DNA of 64,000 nt from Lama guanicoe (lineage: Eukaryota). Both the position numbers and the translations under genes were made by a program. Shown here in pieces: positions 48,568 through 63,700 of this stretch. A model generated the notes under the pieces. That model had not been told where the DNA came from, did no database searches, and saw only the letters and a list, made by a program, of their open reading frames with translations. Each line of letters opens with the position of its first letter. Positions within the stretch are counted from its first letter, which is position 1. The stretch lies in the NCBI GenBank assembly GCA_013239625.1, contig MU053810.1, forward strand, positions 877,320 through 941,319, read 5' to 3'.

Positions 48568-51092
48568 ATTGCCTGGTTTTAAATGTCAAATAATTTTTTG
48601 TTGTATAATGACCATTATGTTTGATGTATTGTAGGGGCTCTGGATTTTGTTGTCTTTCATATACAATCTTGGCTTTTGTCCCAGCAGGCAGTTAACTTAC
48701 TTGAACTTCAGCTCCTAACTCTATAATCTCTCTGGTGAGCAAGCAGCTGAAATCTCCTCTCAGTTCCTTGAGCCTCCAAATGTTAATTTCACCCGCTGCC
48801 CTGGAGTATGTGTAGTTCAGGGATCAGTGAAGGATGTGGGTAGAATCTACAAGCAGATTTGGTCTCTCATCTTTATAGCTCTCTTCACTGGGAGTTTTCT
48901 CTTTCAGACCTGAACTCAGTTTTCTGAGTTTACAAGGTACAGAGCTGCCCAGACTGGGAAGTGCCCTCATAGAAAAAGCTGCATGAACACAAATTTCATG
49001 CAATACAGTTACTCTTTCAAAAGTCTTTTCTCCTTAAATTCTGAAAGTTTTGCTCAGTTTTTAGTACCTTAACTTAGAGTGATTGTTTATATACCTGTTT
49101 TGCTTAGAGTTTATATAATTGTTATCTATGGAGGGGTCATCCACTCTGCTGTTACTAGAAGGAGAGTCTGTATAGAATTTAATATGCTCAAGCAACCATA
49201 CATTATTGAATGTGTCTTAAGGTGTCTTGGGAAGGAAAAGCCAAAAAGCGTTTTTGAAATCAGATTTTTTAAAAAGTGAACAACCAATCAAACAAGAAAT
49301 GTTTTCTATCTGCAACTCACCTGATTCACACTGAGAAATAAATCAGTTACAGGTATTCTAGCTTGTTGCCTGACATATGCATAGTAGCCACTGTGTGTTT
49401 AGAGAAAATCAACAAAGGCTGATCAACTAATTTGTAGTAAAGCGGAATCTTGTGATTAGTACTGGTTTATCAATAGCTAGAGTTATACGTAAACTTGACA
49501 GTTCATCGATCATTAAAAACATGTAAAAAAAGTGTCAGTGGTAACACGGATTGTAGAGACTTGGCATTAGGTGTGTGGAAAAGTGTTTTGTTTTGAAACT
49601 GTTTATTTATATGGAAATTGGCTATAAGTGTAGGTAAGTTATTCAAAACTCCTGGTTAAATGACCAGGTATTTCCTTTCTCATGACACTGAAGGCAATTA
49701 AAGTTTGGCAACAATGGGAAAATGGGATGCATCCAAGGTGACCTTTTGTTCTCTTTTAAATCAAATTTCCTTTGCCTTTTCTGCCAAAAAGGCTGTAATT
49801 TGCATGAACTGAGCTTTATAATATGTATTAGTTTAAAAAATAAACTAACCAGAGTAAAGAGTCATTATGTATTTTTCCTTATATTGAAAATATGCTTTTG
49901 TAGGTTGTTGAATTAAAATAAAAATAGCAAATTTCAATGTTTTAGGCATATCTGGTAATGAATTTGTAAGGGAAATAATAGTCAATTATTCTTCTTATAA
50001 GTATATTGCATTCCTCTGTCTGCGGTATTTTTAAGTGACTAGTTTTACAATGTAAGGCTGGATTAGATTGGACTTTGAGTCCTTTAGATTAGTAGTCCTT
50101 TCTACTCCAGTGTCTAACACAGTGTCTGGCTCATAGTAAAAAGACAAAAATGTCTATTTTCCAGATAGTGTTTTTTTTAACTGTAAATATCTTTTCCAAG
50201 CAGTGAAGGATAATTTGGATCATTGGATTTTCATTGTTGTATCACTTTACACATTATTTTAATGTCATATAGTTTTTACATGGACACTTTAATTTAGATA
50301 GATTTCTTCTTTAAAGTGTCATAATGTATTGGGTAAGTTAAAACTTTATTTTTCAAGTAAAATATTAATTTTTGAAAACAAACTAAGACCTTCTGCTTCA
50401 AAAATGAGTGTCATATCTTCAAAGTTGAATATTCAAACATTGCTAGGAAGACCATTGTTTAAAGGGAAAAATGATTAGGTCTTGAGCTTCTTAAGGTGAT
50501 GGGTGTACTATTCTAATTGTCTTTATATTTGGAATTCCTAGCTCAGAGTAGGAAATTGATAAATATTACATTAAATCAACAGACAGTGGATGCTAATGTT
50601 ATTCAATGTATTATGAAAATAATAAATGTGATCTTAATATTTCCTAGCTAATAAACTGTCTATCAGAAAAATTCGTAGAGTTAGAATTCATTCTATGTTT
50701 GCACACTCCATCAGAATTTTCAAACACAGCATTAACTTTTGGTGACCTACATAAATATATTGATTTTTTTGCACCCTATTTTATCATGGAATTTTATTAC
50801 ACATGTTAAATCATTTAGATCTGCTATTTGTTTACTGTTCTGGCAGCTATTACACAGTGTGTTGAAGAGTTGAGTGTTTTACAGTTATCCTGATTGACGA
50901 GGATTTTGTTTGAAGGACTGTGGGTCAGTGAGTGGATATCCACCCAAAGCTTATTTAGGGAAAGGCCCTCCAGTGCACACTGTCTTCTCTTCAGATAATA
51001 GGTGCTGGGGCTGTCGGTTATGAGTATGAGGATACATTATTTGGAATATAGCCTGTTGTGTAACTGCCCTTTATTCCAGGCTTTTACTCTTT

Positions 51093-51402
51093 ATTTTTTA
51101 ATTGTTTAAATTGAAGTATAGTTGATTTACAATGTTGTGTTAGTTTCAGGTGTACAGCAATGTGATTCAGTTATACACACACACACACACACACACATAC
51201 ATATATGTATATATATATTCTTTTTTGGATTCTTTTCCATTATAGGTTATTACAAGATACTGACTATAACTCCCTGTGCTATGTAGTAGGTCCTTGTTGT
51301 TTATCTGTTTTATATACATTAGTGTATATCTGTTAATCCTAAACTCCTAATTTATCCCTCCCCTCCACTTTTCCCTTTGGTAACCATAAGTTTGTTTTCT
51401 AT
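51093..51402 (-). mobile_element. L1 3'UTR fragment with (CA)n
   Basis: AATTGAAGTATAGTTGATTTACAATGTTGTG..CCATAAGTTTGTTTTCTAT; approximate TSD CAG(G/A)CTTT(T)ACTCTTT. Confidence 0.8.
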
Positions 51403-53867
51403 CAGACTTTACTCTTTTTTGACCTTGAATTCTTCTATTTATATTTATGCAGCTTCTATAAAATGATGATGATAAGAATAATCTGTAATTTGAACACAGT
51501 TGGTATTTCTCTGCATTCTCTCCCATATACCAGCTATCCAGCTAAATTGAAAATAAAACAGATGGATCTATTTCATGTTAGTATTATCAGTCAGCAGTGT
51601 CCAGTCAGAGGCAAGAAACCACTCTGGGTATTTTGAGTAGAGAGGGATTGAATTTGGACATCATTCCAATGATGCTGATCAGGCTGGAAGAAGAAAGAAG
51701 ATGGGAAGTGTTACTCTTGCTCTGCAGAAGCCCCGCATCCCCACCTGGCAACTATAGCCGTGAGAACTTCCAGCTGCTAGGGAGCCACGTTCCTCCTTAT
51801 TTTGGATTTGGTTAATTTTTCTTTAAAAACTTGATTAGCGTGCATAGCTCAAGAAATGTGAACTCTACTTAATGTGAGTTATTGGGTATAAAATCTAGTT
51901 AATGAAAACATTTCCATGAGTATCTGCTGGTATATTATTATGACAGCCCCATTAGCTTTAGGGAAGGTTCCTATCTTTACTCTGTGTTGTTAGTTGAACG
52001 GAATTAAGGAATTCGTGTTTTGTGACTTCATAAAGGGTTTGTGACTAGGGTAACTAAATTTTAAGAGCCTTTTCATGCAATCATCTTGGAAAAATGGATT
52101 AATTTTTATGTTTCCTACTTATAAGAAGTTTAGGGAGAAACTGGTAGGGTTGATGGGACTGGGATGTGTCTGCTAGTTCATACTTAGAAGTATAGTATTA
52201 TACTGGGCATAATATACTGTGTTACATGAAATTGACATTTACATTTTTGTATTAGATGTTTGAATGTGAGATATAATCGTTTATAAAATTCTAAGTTTTA
52301 GAGATTTTGTTGGTACTTGTGAAATTAAAAATTTTGAAGTATTTAAAAATTATTTTTATATAATGAAAGATTTCAAGGGTACAGAAAAATATAGAGAATA
52401 ATTAGGCACGTGATGTTCATCCCATTACCCACTTTGCTTCAGAATTTGGAAGAGATTTTTAATGTATTAAGAAAGGATGGTACACTTTAGTTGTTTTAAC
52501 ATTTTCATAGGGGCATTAAATAATGTCAGTTCAGCCTCTTTGACTGTCAGCTTTATATTAAAAACTATTTCTCATCTTATTTTTGGAAAATTATTACCTT
52601 ACATTCTTATAGTTTCTAGTATATGGCACATGAAATACTCCATAAAAATGACTAGATTAAAATCAAAATGTGAATTCTTCTGCACATAATAAGAGTACAA
52701 GAATATTGTGTATGGTTTGGACATCAAGCAAGTTTTGGTTTCATAGGATAGTTTAGTTGGAATAAAATTATGAATATTATTTAAATGAGGTAAAGGATTA
52801 TATGGTTCTTTATGCAGAAAATTTATCTCGTTTCTCTTACTTTATTATCTCATTTGGTTTTAGATGAAGGATGTCATATTGTATAATGAGGAAACCCGAT
52901 CTCATTTTCACCAAGACTGCCCAAATTTAATACATGTGCTTCAAGCTTTAGTATCCTTCTAAGTAATAATCTGCTATGTTTCTTACTATTTTGTATGTCA
53001 AATATGGGCAAGGACATAGTGAAGTTTATAATTTTGCTCTGCTCAGCTGCCTGTAACAATATTAATTGAAATTTACTGCAGTTTTCTATGATACTAAAAG
53101 TTCTAATTTTCTCCTATTTCTAATGTTTTTTTCAAAATTTTCAGAGTTACTGGAATCATTTGAGGTAGCACCCAAAGACATGCCCATAAAATATCTCTAA
53201 CAAATTCCAAATTCTTTTTCATAACCTAACAAATAACATAATCGAATATATATTTATATCTAGGCCAAAAGGTTTTTTTCTTCCAATAAAAATTCAAAGT
53301 AAATTATTCAGTACCTATATTCTTAATGTCTTTGTAGATATTTAGACAAATAAAAGGACCAGACTTAACTAAGTGTCGTTTGTATTTTGCATCTATGTAG
53401 AATTTACTGAAGTAAAAAAAGGATTACTTAAGGCTAATGTTGAATTATATTTTACTTATTCCTTATCCAAATAGCATACGTTCACACACACACACACACA
53501 CACACACACATCACTTGAGCTATCTTGTCAGCTAGCCCACACTTACACATAAAGGAAAAAATAAAGCAATAAAGATGAAGTGAAGGGGGTAAAAAATAAA
53601 AAGGCCAGCTTTAATAGATGTGCCCTTTTGGGGATTAAAAATAGCAAGAGGTTTTCAAATAACTCTGAAGAGAAGTGGAATGACAATTTATTTAATACCA
53701 TATTAAGGTAAATATATAAAATTTATATTTATTAGAAATAGGGACATAATTTGATTCTCCGTATTTAATAAGATAAGGCCATTTACCTAGAAATGCATGC
53801 AGAAAACAAACAATGTCCCATTCTGGTGGGAAATGGTGACAGTGGGGAGGCTATGGATGTGCAGGGG

Positions 53868-54615
53868 TATACAGTTCTATGAATTTTGACACTTACTTAG
53901 TTTCATGTAAGTACCACCACAATCAGAATACGGAATAGTTTCATTATCCTCCCCAAAACCTCTCTTGTGCCACCCCTTTGTGGTCAAGTTTTCCTTCTGC
54001 CCTTTAATCCCAGCAGTTGCTGAGCTGCTCTCAATCACCGAAGTCTGGTCGTTTGAAGGACGTCATGTGTAGGATATTATATGGTACATCACCTTTTGAG
54101 ACTGGTTTCTTTCACTCACCATAATGTCTTTGGTAACCATGCGAATTGTGTGTGTTGATAGTTTGCATCTCTTCATCGTTGGGTAATATTCCACTGTATG
54201 GCAGGACCACAGTTTTTTTATCCATTCATCAGTTGAAGGACATTTGTGTCATTTCCAGTTTGGGGAAGGATTATAAATAAGTTTTTCTAAACATTCACAT
54301 CCAGTTTTTTTGCCAACATGATTTTTCATCTTCCCAGGAGCAGGATGGCTGGTTCATAGGATAATTAAATGTTTACATATTGTAAGAAAGCACCAGACTT
54401 TCCCAGAGTGGCCGCGTCATTTTACATTCCCATTAGCGAAGCATCAGAGTTCCAGTTGCTCTGCATCCTTGCCAGTATTTAGTATTAAATGTAATTTTAG
54501 TTTTTCTAATAGGTGTGAAGTTGTAGCCCATTCTGGTTTCAATTTGCATGTACTTAATGACTAATAAGGGCAAACATCATTTCATGTACTTATCTGCCGT
54601 CTTTACGTCTTCTTT
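53868..54615 (-). mobile_element. old L1 (L1MB-like) 3' fragment
   Basis: TATCCATTCATCAGTTGAAGGACATTTG..TTTACATTCCCATTAG..AATTTGCAT motifs. Confidence 0.65.
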
Positions 54616-54624
54616 GCATTTTAT

Positions 54625-54790
54625 ATTAATTAGCTCATATAATTCTCACAATAATTCCATGAGGCTGTGAGGTAAGTAATATTGTCCCCATTTTACAGAT
54701 AAGGAAACTGAGACACAGGAGAAGTTATTTGTCTCTAGTTATATAGCCGGAAAGTAGGAGAACCAAGATTCATACTCAGGTCCCTATAAA
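54625..54790 (-). mobile_element. MIR SINE
   Basis: CCCCATTTTACAGATAAGGAAACTGAGACACAG core. Confidence 0.7.
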
Positions 54791-57064
54791 TAGACATTTA
54801 AGCTGTTGATAATTATTTTTCCCATTGTATATATTTCCAAGAAGAATATTTTGAGCATGGAACTTCTTTTGTACGAGATTATTTATGTAGAAGTTTTCTT
54901 TGAGATAAATTTAGTAGATCAAAAGATGGGAAAACATTTTTAAATGTCTGATAGCTAGTAACAAATTGTTTTTCAAAAGGGGTGTACACATGCACACCGC
55001 TCAGCAGCCTGTATGCTTTCTTGTTCCATTTTCCTTGGCTGTGCTGTGCAGGGGCCTCTGGGCCTGCCTGAAGTCCCCCTGCTCTGGGTGGCTTCTTAGT
55101 CTGCCTCTTTAATCTGCCTGTAAGTACAAAGACTATAAAAAAAAGAGAAGAGAGGTTTCTATTTTTCTTTTAAGCAAGTGACTTAGAATTGTTTACAAGA
55201 TACTAAATCGACTTTTCATAATGATAAGGGGTCTTTATACATAATTAGGCAGGCCATGCCATCACCTGTAAGTCATATTTGGAAAGGTTCCATGAAAGAG
55301 GTCCTGCTTACCCATCAAAACATATTTTTCTTACTGACCTATCAAATTATCATCTTTTACCCTGTCTGATTTGTAATTCCAATTAGCAGAGTCCAAAATA
55401 GCCAAGGTATGAGACGTTATTAAATGTTATTGGCTTATTTTAGGGGGTAATTCTTCTTAAATGGGGAAGAAGAAACTAGAACTTCCCCTGAAGGATAAGA
55501 TTTAATTGTCACCTGACTGCAATTCTCAGCCACTAACCCTGAAACTGGGGAGCCAACTGAGGAGGTGGAGCCCCCAGAGTGCAAGCTCAGGGAGACTGTG
55601 GGGAGGGTCAGGACTTGGGTCAGAGGAAACAACCTGCAGAGCGGGTTGTCCCAAACCCACGTGACACTGTATGACCTTGTGAAAACCACTGTAAAGATTC
55701 AATCTTAAAATTTTCAAACTAAATTTAATTTTCTGCATTAAATTAAATTAAATGTTATTAAATTACCCTATATTTTTTCTCCTGGTAATGCAAACTGTTT
55801 ATTTTCATCTGCTGAGTTCAATTAGTAGACTTTTAAGATCTCAGATGCCACTCCAGACTTTGGTTAGTTTTCCTGATCTGTAGATCTTAATTACTCTCCA
55901 TGTTTTTCCTTGAGTATTTCCAATGTTGTCTTTTATATTTACTTGTATTTACTGATACAAAGCAGTTTCAGACCCTGTTGTTGGTTTAGAAAATGTTTCC
56001 CACTCAAGAAATGTATCCTGTGGACATAATTTAAAATAAAGTCTATTTGTGTGAAGTGGTTTGTTGCAAAATTACTTGTAATGGAAAACTTTGGACAAGA
56101 TTAAACTAGATGGAATATTTTGAAGATGCTATAGCTACTGGGCAACATGAAATTGTATCTGAGATATCATGATAACTATGAAACTGTGTGAATATGGATA
56201 AAAATATTCAAAGGAAGACAGAAAAATGTCCAAGTGTTAGGTTGGTTGCACTAACAGTCATCATTGTGTATGCTTAATTGTTTTAAAGTTGAATCATTTT
56301 ACAGTTTGAAAAAAAAAGGTATGATCTGTTGAGATATGGCCTTAGTCCTGCAGGAGCTCAGTTTACAGTTTAGTTGCAGGAAGATAATCCACGTGTGCAC
56401 AGAAAGATAACTGAAGCTCTGAGGCTTCATATGATAAGAATTCCGTGAATACCCTGGACTATCAGAATTTTAGTTCTAGCATTTTTCTTCTATGATGGCA
56501 TTTCCATCTCATGAGATACTGGAGAGGTGGCCAATTCCGATTCCATCAGACACAGAAACGTATTATATAAAGAATAGTGTCCCTCGTGCCTCACTCCTTC
56601 ATTTCCAGCTCATTTAGTTTCCATCTACAGATCCATTTGGTGCTTCTATTACACAGTGAATGATCTTCCAATTTAAACCACATTCATTGATATTTTTACT
56701 TAGTTTTTGTTTTATCAGAAAAGGGAATACTCTTTAGGATAAGACAGTGTTCTTCACTAATTAAATTTTTTAAAAATTCCACTTAATTCTTGTGAAGTTT
56801 ACATTTGCCTAGGGAACTGGAAACATTGTAATTCAGTTCATCCTACTCCTTGAATAAGTAAAATATTCTTGAGGAAATATGATTGTAATCTCTTTAGAGA
56901 GGGCTAATTTTCCGGTCTGCCCTTGATGGAAAGGTTGCTATCTGATGACTCTGTATGTTTAGACGGGAAAAATAATGGATCAAGATGTTAGCCTGTTTCC
57001 ATATGGCCAGGTTAGGTCTGGAAATATGCTAGTAGCCTGTTCCCTGTCCTGAGGACCTTACCAA

Positions 57065-57432
57065 TGCTATAGATTGAATTGTGTTTGCCCTAAATTCATA
57101 AGTTGAAGCCATAGCCTCCAGTGTATTAGGAGACAAAGCTTTTGGGAGATAATTTGGTTTAGATGAGGTCATGAGAGTGGGTCCTCATGATGGGATTAAG
57201 GCCCTTAGAAGAAGAGACACTATAGAGCTTGCTCTCCCCTCTCTGCCAACTGGGGACATGCATCTAAGAACACAGGAGAAGTTGACCACGTAGGTGCCAG
57301 GAAGAGAGCCTTCCTCAGAAACCAGCCATGCTGGCACCTTGATCATAGACTTCTGGACTTTGAGACAGTAAATTTCTATTGTTTAAGCCATCCAGTCTAT
57401 GGTATTTTGTTAAGGAAGTCTGAGCTAAAGCA
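57065..57432 (+). mobile_element. MaLR (MLT1A-type) solo LTR
   Basis: TGCTATAGATTGAATTGTGT.., GATGAGGTCATGAG, GCTGGCACCTTGATC, GTTTAAGCCATCCAGTCTATGGTATTTTGTT. Confidence 0.8.
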
Positions 57433-60400
57433 CTGTGTCATTGCCCAAAGGTCATGTTCAGTCGCCATTGTCTGTAACTTGTCTGAGGGATTTCTCTGAA
57501 GCATCCAAAGGCAGGTGTGTCTGCAGCCTAGGAAGCACCAAGAAGTCACCCAGCACTCTCCCCACCCTCAGAGCTCTCAGCAGCTGGCCGATGGGGTCTG
57601 ACCCCTGACCCCCGGAGGATGGCTCTGAAGGTGTGCTCTACATCATTCGTTACCTAGTGGGAGCTGGCTGGTGATGTGGCCTTTTTTCACTGCCTTCCCT
57701 TTGCTGTTATACCCCTACTCCTTGATAGGAATTTTCTGCGCTTCTCAAACTGCTGGTACTTGAGTTCTTGCTCAGGGTCTACTTCTGCTGGGGCACAAGA
57801 CATGCTGAAACCTTCTCTTGGCCACTTGGTGGAAGGATGTGGCTTGTTGCTGTGGAAGAAATTGCGGGAGCCTGGGTACAAGCACATGGGCATCAACATT
57901 GTTGGAAAAAGATTTAATCACAGGATTAGGCTCTAGTCCTTGGTGGGTTAACAGTATATATATATATTTTTCTTTCCCACAACACCCAGGCAATACGTAC
58001 GTGTTTGTATTGAATGCATGTGTATTTAAAGTGAATACTTCACTGTTTTTCTGTTGGGTCATATAACAGGCTCTCTTATATAACAGAATCCACCCAAGCA
58101 GGGGCAGAACTTATTCAATCTCCGTGCTGTAGGGGGGCTGCTTATTTGGTTGGTTTACTCTGTGTGCCAGGATCTTAACCGCGCTTGCTCACTGGAGGTG
58201 CCTTTAGGGTACATACTGGCCCAGTCATACTGGTTGTTGAAATATTCAAACACTTCTGAACTGGTTGCTGAAAGGCTGCTGCCCTGATCCTCCTAGGTAG
58301 ACTTTCATCCTCGTCACTCTCCCTCCAAGCTGTCTAGACCCTCCTGAATATTCTCAGCATCCAGATCTGACAAGTGAAGAGTTGATGCCTTCACAAACAT
58401 TTTAAATTTCAGCACCACACATAGGACAAATGAAGAAAAACATATAGATGCTCTTAATGTAGGCATTTAAAAACCATCCTTAGAATTAGAGTCCACTCGA
58501 TGAAATAGGCTCTATTTCTTTTTACTTGTCAATTAGTTTATTTATTCATTATCAACCGGCTGAAGCATGAATATGAATGTGTGTGATTTGTGTATGGATA
58601 TTATATGAACATATGCATATATGCATAATAATATACATAACAAATATCTAATACATTCATAACCAGTCAGCGTGCAGTATTGCCTTTGCTCTGGCCCCGT
58701 TTCCGCAGTCCTGATTCTGGGACATCATCCTCTGATTCTCTTCATATCATACTGTCCCTTATTTTTGTCAAAAATACGTGTACAGGAAAGCTCAGCTTTA
58801 GCTTGTCCAGGCTGGGCACCCATAGCAGGAGAGTGGGGCGGCCCCACTGGGAAGCAGAGTGCTGGTCTGAGCCCGGGGTTCTCTGAAGGTTGCTAAGAGT
58901 CAGCTAAAGGTGTTGCCTTCATTCTAATGACTTGTGCCTCTCTGAGCAAAGATGCTTTGTAAGACGGTTCTTTTTCCTTCTTTAGATTTCCTGAGAAGTA
59001 CCTGTAGCCTGTTATCCTGGGAATGGCTTTCTCTCCTTCATGGATTTCTGTCTGATCTCTGCTCTGTGAACTGTCTGATCTGTGCTGTGCCAGTGGGAGG
59101 GGTTTGTAGGATTTGGAGAAGAAAGAAGCAGCCACTGGGTTGATGGTAACTTGTGAGTCTTGCTTGGCACCCTGAACATAAGACACTTCTTTAGTGTTAA
59201 TGGCAAATATGTCTGCGGATGTAGTGACCTTGCAGTTTTCACTAATTGCATCAAGTCCACTGTACGTTGTACTTTAAATGCGTCATTTTATTTAATTTCC
59301 CCAACATCACTGTGAAATAGCATGCTGGAACTTCTGCATCTTAACATTTATAGATGAGGAAATGGCAGTTCAATACTTTGCAGGCTGTATTTTGCTTCGC
59401 CAATACAAATGACCAAATTAATATTGGCAGTGACAACAGTTTGAATGCTGTGTAAGAGCTTTGTTTCCTTGAGTCTCCTGGCATAATGTAGACTCCCGAG
59501 GTTACACCCAAATGTAGGTAATTTGTGTGAACAATGATGCTCATGGACTAAGACTTTAGAGATGATTGGTTGTTTGTGAAATGTGATTTTCACATGCTGC
59601 TGGTAATTCAGCATCTGTTTTGGTTCTAATTACATGCTCCTGGCTGTCTCCCTTTCTCTTTATTTTTACCTCTTCGTCACGCTCCTTTTTTCTTGCTCTT
59701 ATTTTTCCTCTTTACTTTTGCACTTGTCTCAGGCAAGATCACATACCTGAAGCTTTTTAATTTTTTTGATTACTAGAAAGCCATTTAGTGACCACAGTTC
59801 TCGTCCCTACTTGTACTTCGCTTCTGTGAATTACACAGAAGACATCTGAAATTCACAGGGAAGATCATGGGATGGTTTTTGAAGGTGGTGATCATGCCTT
59901 ATTCATCTTGTGTCTTTTGGAATATCTAACTTGGTGTCATATGGGCACAGGGTACATGCTTGTTGAGTGAATACTTGGAGGAGAGGAGAACAAGACCAGC
60001 AATCAGAGTTCATACCCTTTTAGTAAAAGGAGGAGAAAAAGGACAGGAATGACAATTTTAAAATGATGGGAAAAGATTCATGAAAAATAATTCTTTGTCA
60101 TTATTGGGTTATGCATAAAAGATTAAGTTGTCAAAAGAAATTTAGACTGATGTGACAAAATATGTCAGCTCATACTCTGTATAGAAAACTAAATACAATT
60201 TCACATGTTTATTAGTCCCGTCACTAATGCACTCAAAAATCAACTATCTGCCATGTGCCAGCCACTGTGATGGTACTCTGGATGCAACGGTGGATAAAAA
60301 TAGATATGGCTTCTGTGTTCATAGTTTGAGGACTGCTGGGATGTAAAGAGAATAAATATCTGTGTGATATTTAGGATTCTTTTCATTGTAAGCAGAAGAA

Positions 60401-60486
60401 ATGGAAAATTAACATGGTGGAGATAAAAATGGTAGATGTCAGTAGGAATTTTTGGCACATGTAACTGAAAACTGGAGGTTATTTTT

Positions 60487-61283
60487 CTTTTTTTCTTTCT
60501 TTCTTTTTTTAATCTGGTATTTATTTATAAACTTTTTTTATTGACTTATAGTCATTTTACAATTTTGTGTCAAATTCCAGTGTAGAGCACAATTTTTCAG
60601 TTATACATGAACATACATATATTCATTGTCACATTTTTTTTGCTATGAGCTACCACAAGATCTTGTATATATTTCCCTGTGCTATACCGTATAATCTTGT
60701 TTATCTATTCTACATATGCCTGTCAATATCTACAAATTTTGAAATCCCAGTCTGTCCCTTCCCACCCCCTCCTTTGGCAACCACAAGTTTGCATTCTATG
60801 TCTATGAGTCTGTTTCTATTTTGTATTTATGTTCTGTTTTTTGTTTGTTTGTTTGTTTGTTTGTTTGTTTTTAGATTCCACATATGAGCGATCTCATATG
60901 GCATTTTTCTTTCTCTTTCTGGCTTACTTCACTTACAATGACATTCTCCAGGAACATCCATGTTGCTGCAAATGATGTTATGCTGTCAGTTTTAATGGCT
61001 GAATAGTATTCCATTGTATAAATATACCACATCTTCTTTCTCCAGTCATCTGTTGATGGACATTTAGTCTGTTTCCATGTCTTGGCTATTGTAAATAGTG
61101 CTTCTATGAACATTGGGGTGCAGGTGTCATCCTGAAGTAGGGTTCCTTCTGGATATATGCCCAGGAGCAGGATTCCTGTGTCATATGGTAAGTCTATTCC
61201 TGGTCTTCTGAGGAATCTCCATACTATTTTCCACAGTGGCTGCACCAAACTGCATCCCCACCAGCAGTGTAGGAGGGTCCCCT
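60487..61283 (-). mobile_element. L1 3' end, young subfamily
   Basis: Minus ORF 60871-61248 matches the ORF2 C-terminus; ~21-bp TSD TGAAAA(C/G)TGGAGGTTAT(T/C)TTT at 60466 and 61284. Confidence 0.92.
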
Positions 61284-61879
61284 TGAAAAGTGGAGGTTAT
61301 CTTTCAAGCATTCTTGGACCAGGGACCTGTCACTCTCCATTTTCCAGCTTTGCTCACCCCTTGGGTAGTGTGTTACCAGGCTTTTCCTACATCTCAGCTG
61401 AGATAACTCCTTGTACTGCAGGTTTACATAGTCTTTGGCACCTATGATCTCAGAAGGAGGGAAGCGTTCCTTTCTCTGTTGCTCCAGCTCAGGTGGCTTC
61501 TGACTGGGCTGTCAGTCACTATGGCTTGGAAGAACTGAACATTCAGGCCTGTGTTTGGAGTGGGTGATGCTTACCCCATCTAAACCACTTAAAGTGCATT
61601 TTTCGTAAAGAGAAGTGTTCACTTTTCAGCAGAAGGAAGGAGGGATGATAGGTGAGCATAAGAAATATTATAATGTATAGTATTTACTATATTATACTAT
61701 AAAATTTTAGTATATAAATACTCTATTTGCTATAAATACTTTTGAAAAATATACAAATTATTTATTTAAAGGAGTAGAATATTATTCTGTAAAACCAAGT
61801 CAATGAAGTAAAAGCTAACAATAAAATCATAATAAATATTACTAATACTTGGATAGCACTTATTATTTGGGCACAACAA

Positions 61880-63700
61880 TCAACTTTCTAAGTGAAGAAA
61901 TATTAGCAGCATTTCTTTTAAAATCAGCCAAAAGCTGGAATGTTCCCTTTTGCCATTATTTACAGTAACCAATTTGCTAGAGGTTTTGGCTATGCAGTAG
62001 GTCAAGAAAAAGAAATTAAAAGCATAAAGATTAGAAAGGAGGAAATCTGTTGTTGATTTTGCTTGATATAACTGTCTACATGAAAAAAATTTCAATCTAA
62101 CAACATATTACAAATTATTAGATCTAAAGGCAAGGTTAGCAAGATGACTGGATGCAAGGTCAGTATAAACAAATGAATTATGTCTTCATTCACCAGCAAA
62201 TAGTTTTTTAAGCACCTTTTATAGTAGCAACAAAAACTGTAAAATTCATAAAAATGAATCTAACAAAAGGTGCAAGATAGATAGTTATAAAACTTCATAA
62301 AACATATTGAAGAAGCCTCCAAAAATGGAGAGTTATGCCAAATTCAGGAATGAGGAGGCAATATCATTAATAATTCAGTTTTTCCCAATCTGTTTACAGA
62401 GTCCATGCAAGGCCAGTAAATATCTCAGCAGGGTTATTCATGGAGTTTGACAAACTGATTTTCTCATTTGTAAGGGAGAACAAAGGGTCAAGAAAAGTCA
62501 AAACACTACAAAAAAAAAAAAGAAGAATGAAGATGCACTTGCCTTACCGTATGTCAAGACTCTTTTAGAGCTATAGTAACTCTGACACTGTGGTGTTCGT
62601 GCAGACATGAGCAAACTGAATAATGAAAAAAAAATTGACTAGAAATAGAACCTGCATATTTGGAACTTGATATTTCGCAGAGATGACAAAGCAGATCCAT
62701 AGAGGAGGAGACACTATTTCATAAAGGAGGTTAGGACTGGTTATGATATGAAAACATAGAATAAATTGAGTCCTCACATTGCACAGGATTAAAAATTCAA
62801 CCCCTAAAGGTTGAAGACAGAAATATGAAAAGGGAAGTGTTAAAACTGTTAGGAGGAAATCTAAGGAAATGCTCTTCTGGCTTTGATGTTAGAAAGGCTT
62901 TGTTTTTTGCTTTCTCATTTCTTTCTTTTGAGGGGGGGAACTAGATTTGTTTGTTTGTTTGTTTTTTAATGAAGATGCTGGGACTGAACCCAGGACCTCA
63001 TGCATGCTAAGCATGTGCTCTATCACTTGAGCTATAGCCTCCGCTTCTTAAGACAAAGAAAAAGCCAACCAGCAGAGAAATCATAGGTACATTTGTTACA
63101 TTAAAATTAAGAATTTCTTTTGACTAAAAACACCTTGAAAAGCCTGAAAAGGGTGGTTACTCCTAGGAAAAAACATTTGTATTATGAATACCTGACTAAG
63201 TACTAGTAACCAGATTCATTAACTACTACAAATCAGAAGAAAAACACAAAACAACAGAACATATAAATGGGAAAAAAAGTATGAATAACTATTTTGCAGG
63301 AGAAACTCATGCTGGGAACAGTTGTGAAGGCTGACAGTTGCCAGTGCTAAAGATACGGATTCGCTGGTTGCTTTATATATTACTGGTGGCTTATATGCTG
63401 TTAGTAAAACTACTTAAAAATATTGTCTGTTCTATTTTAATCACTTACCATATAATGCAGCAACTCCAATCCTAACTATATATTCAAAAGAAAATTTTAC
63501 TCACATGCTCCAGGAGAAATACAAAGTAATCTTCTTATATTTAAGAGCAAAAAATTGGGGAAAAAACTAATTTTTCATCAAATAGTGACAAATTGTGTTT
63601 ATCACTGCTTCCACTAGTGAATATTTCAGCTATAAATAACAGTGTAGATAAAATCTGTAGTATAGTTTTGAAAGAAAAAAATCAAGTCTCAGAAAACTAG
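61880..63700 (+). mobile_element. old degraded L1 ORF2/3' region
   Basis: CAAGAAAAAGAAATTAAAAGCATAAAGATTAGAAAGGA and AGCAAGATGACTGGATGCAAGGTCAGTATA ORF2-like motifs; many stops; boundaries approximate. Confidence 0.65.
62922..63042 (-). mobile_element. tRNA-derived SINE (Vic-1-like)
   Basis: GGACTGAACCCAGGACCTCATGCATGCTAAGCATGTGCTCTATCACTTGAGCTATA is the reverse complement of the SINE head. Confidence 0.85.
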
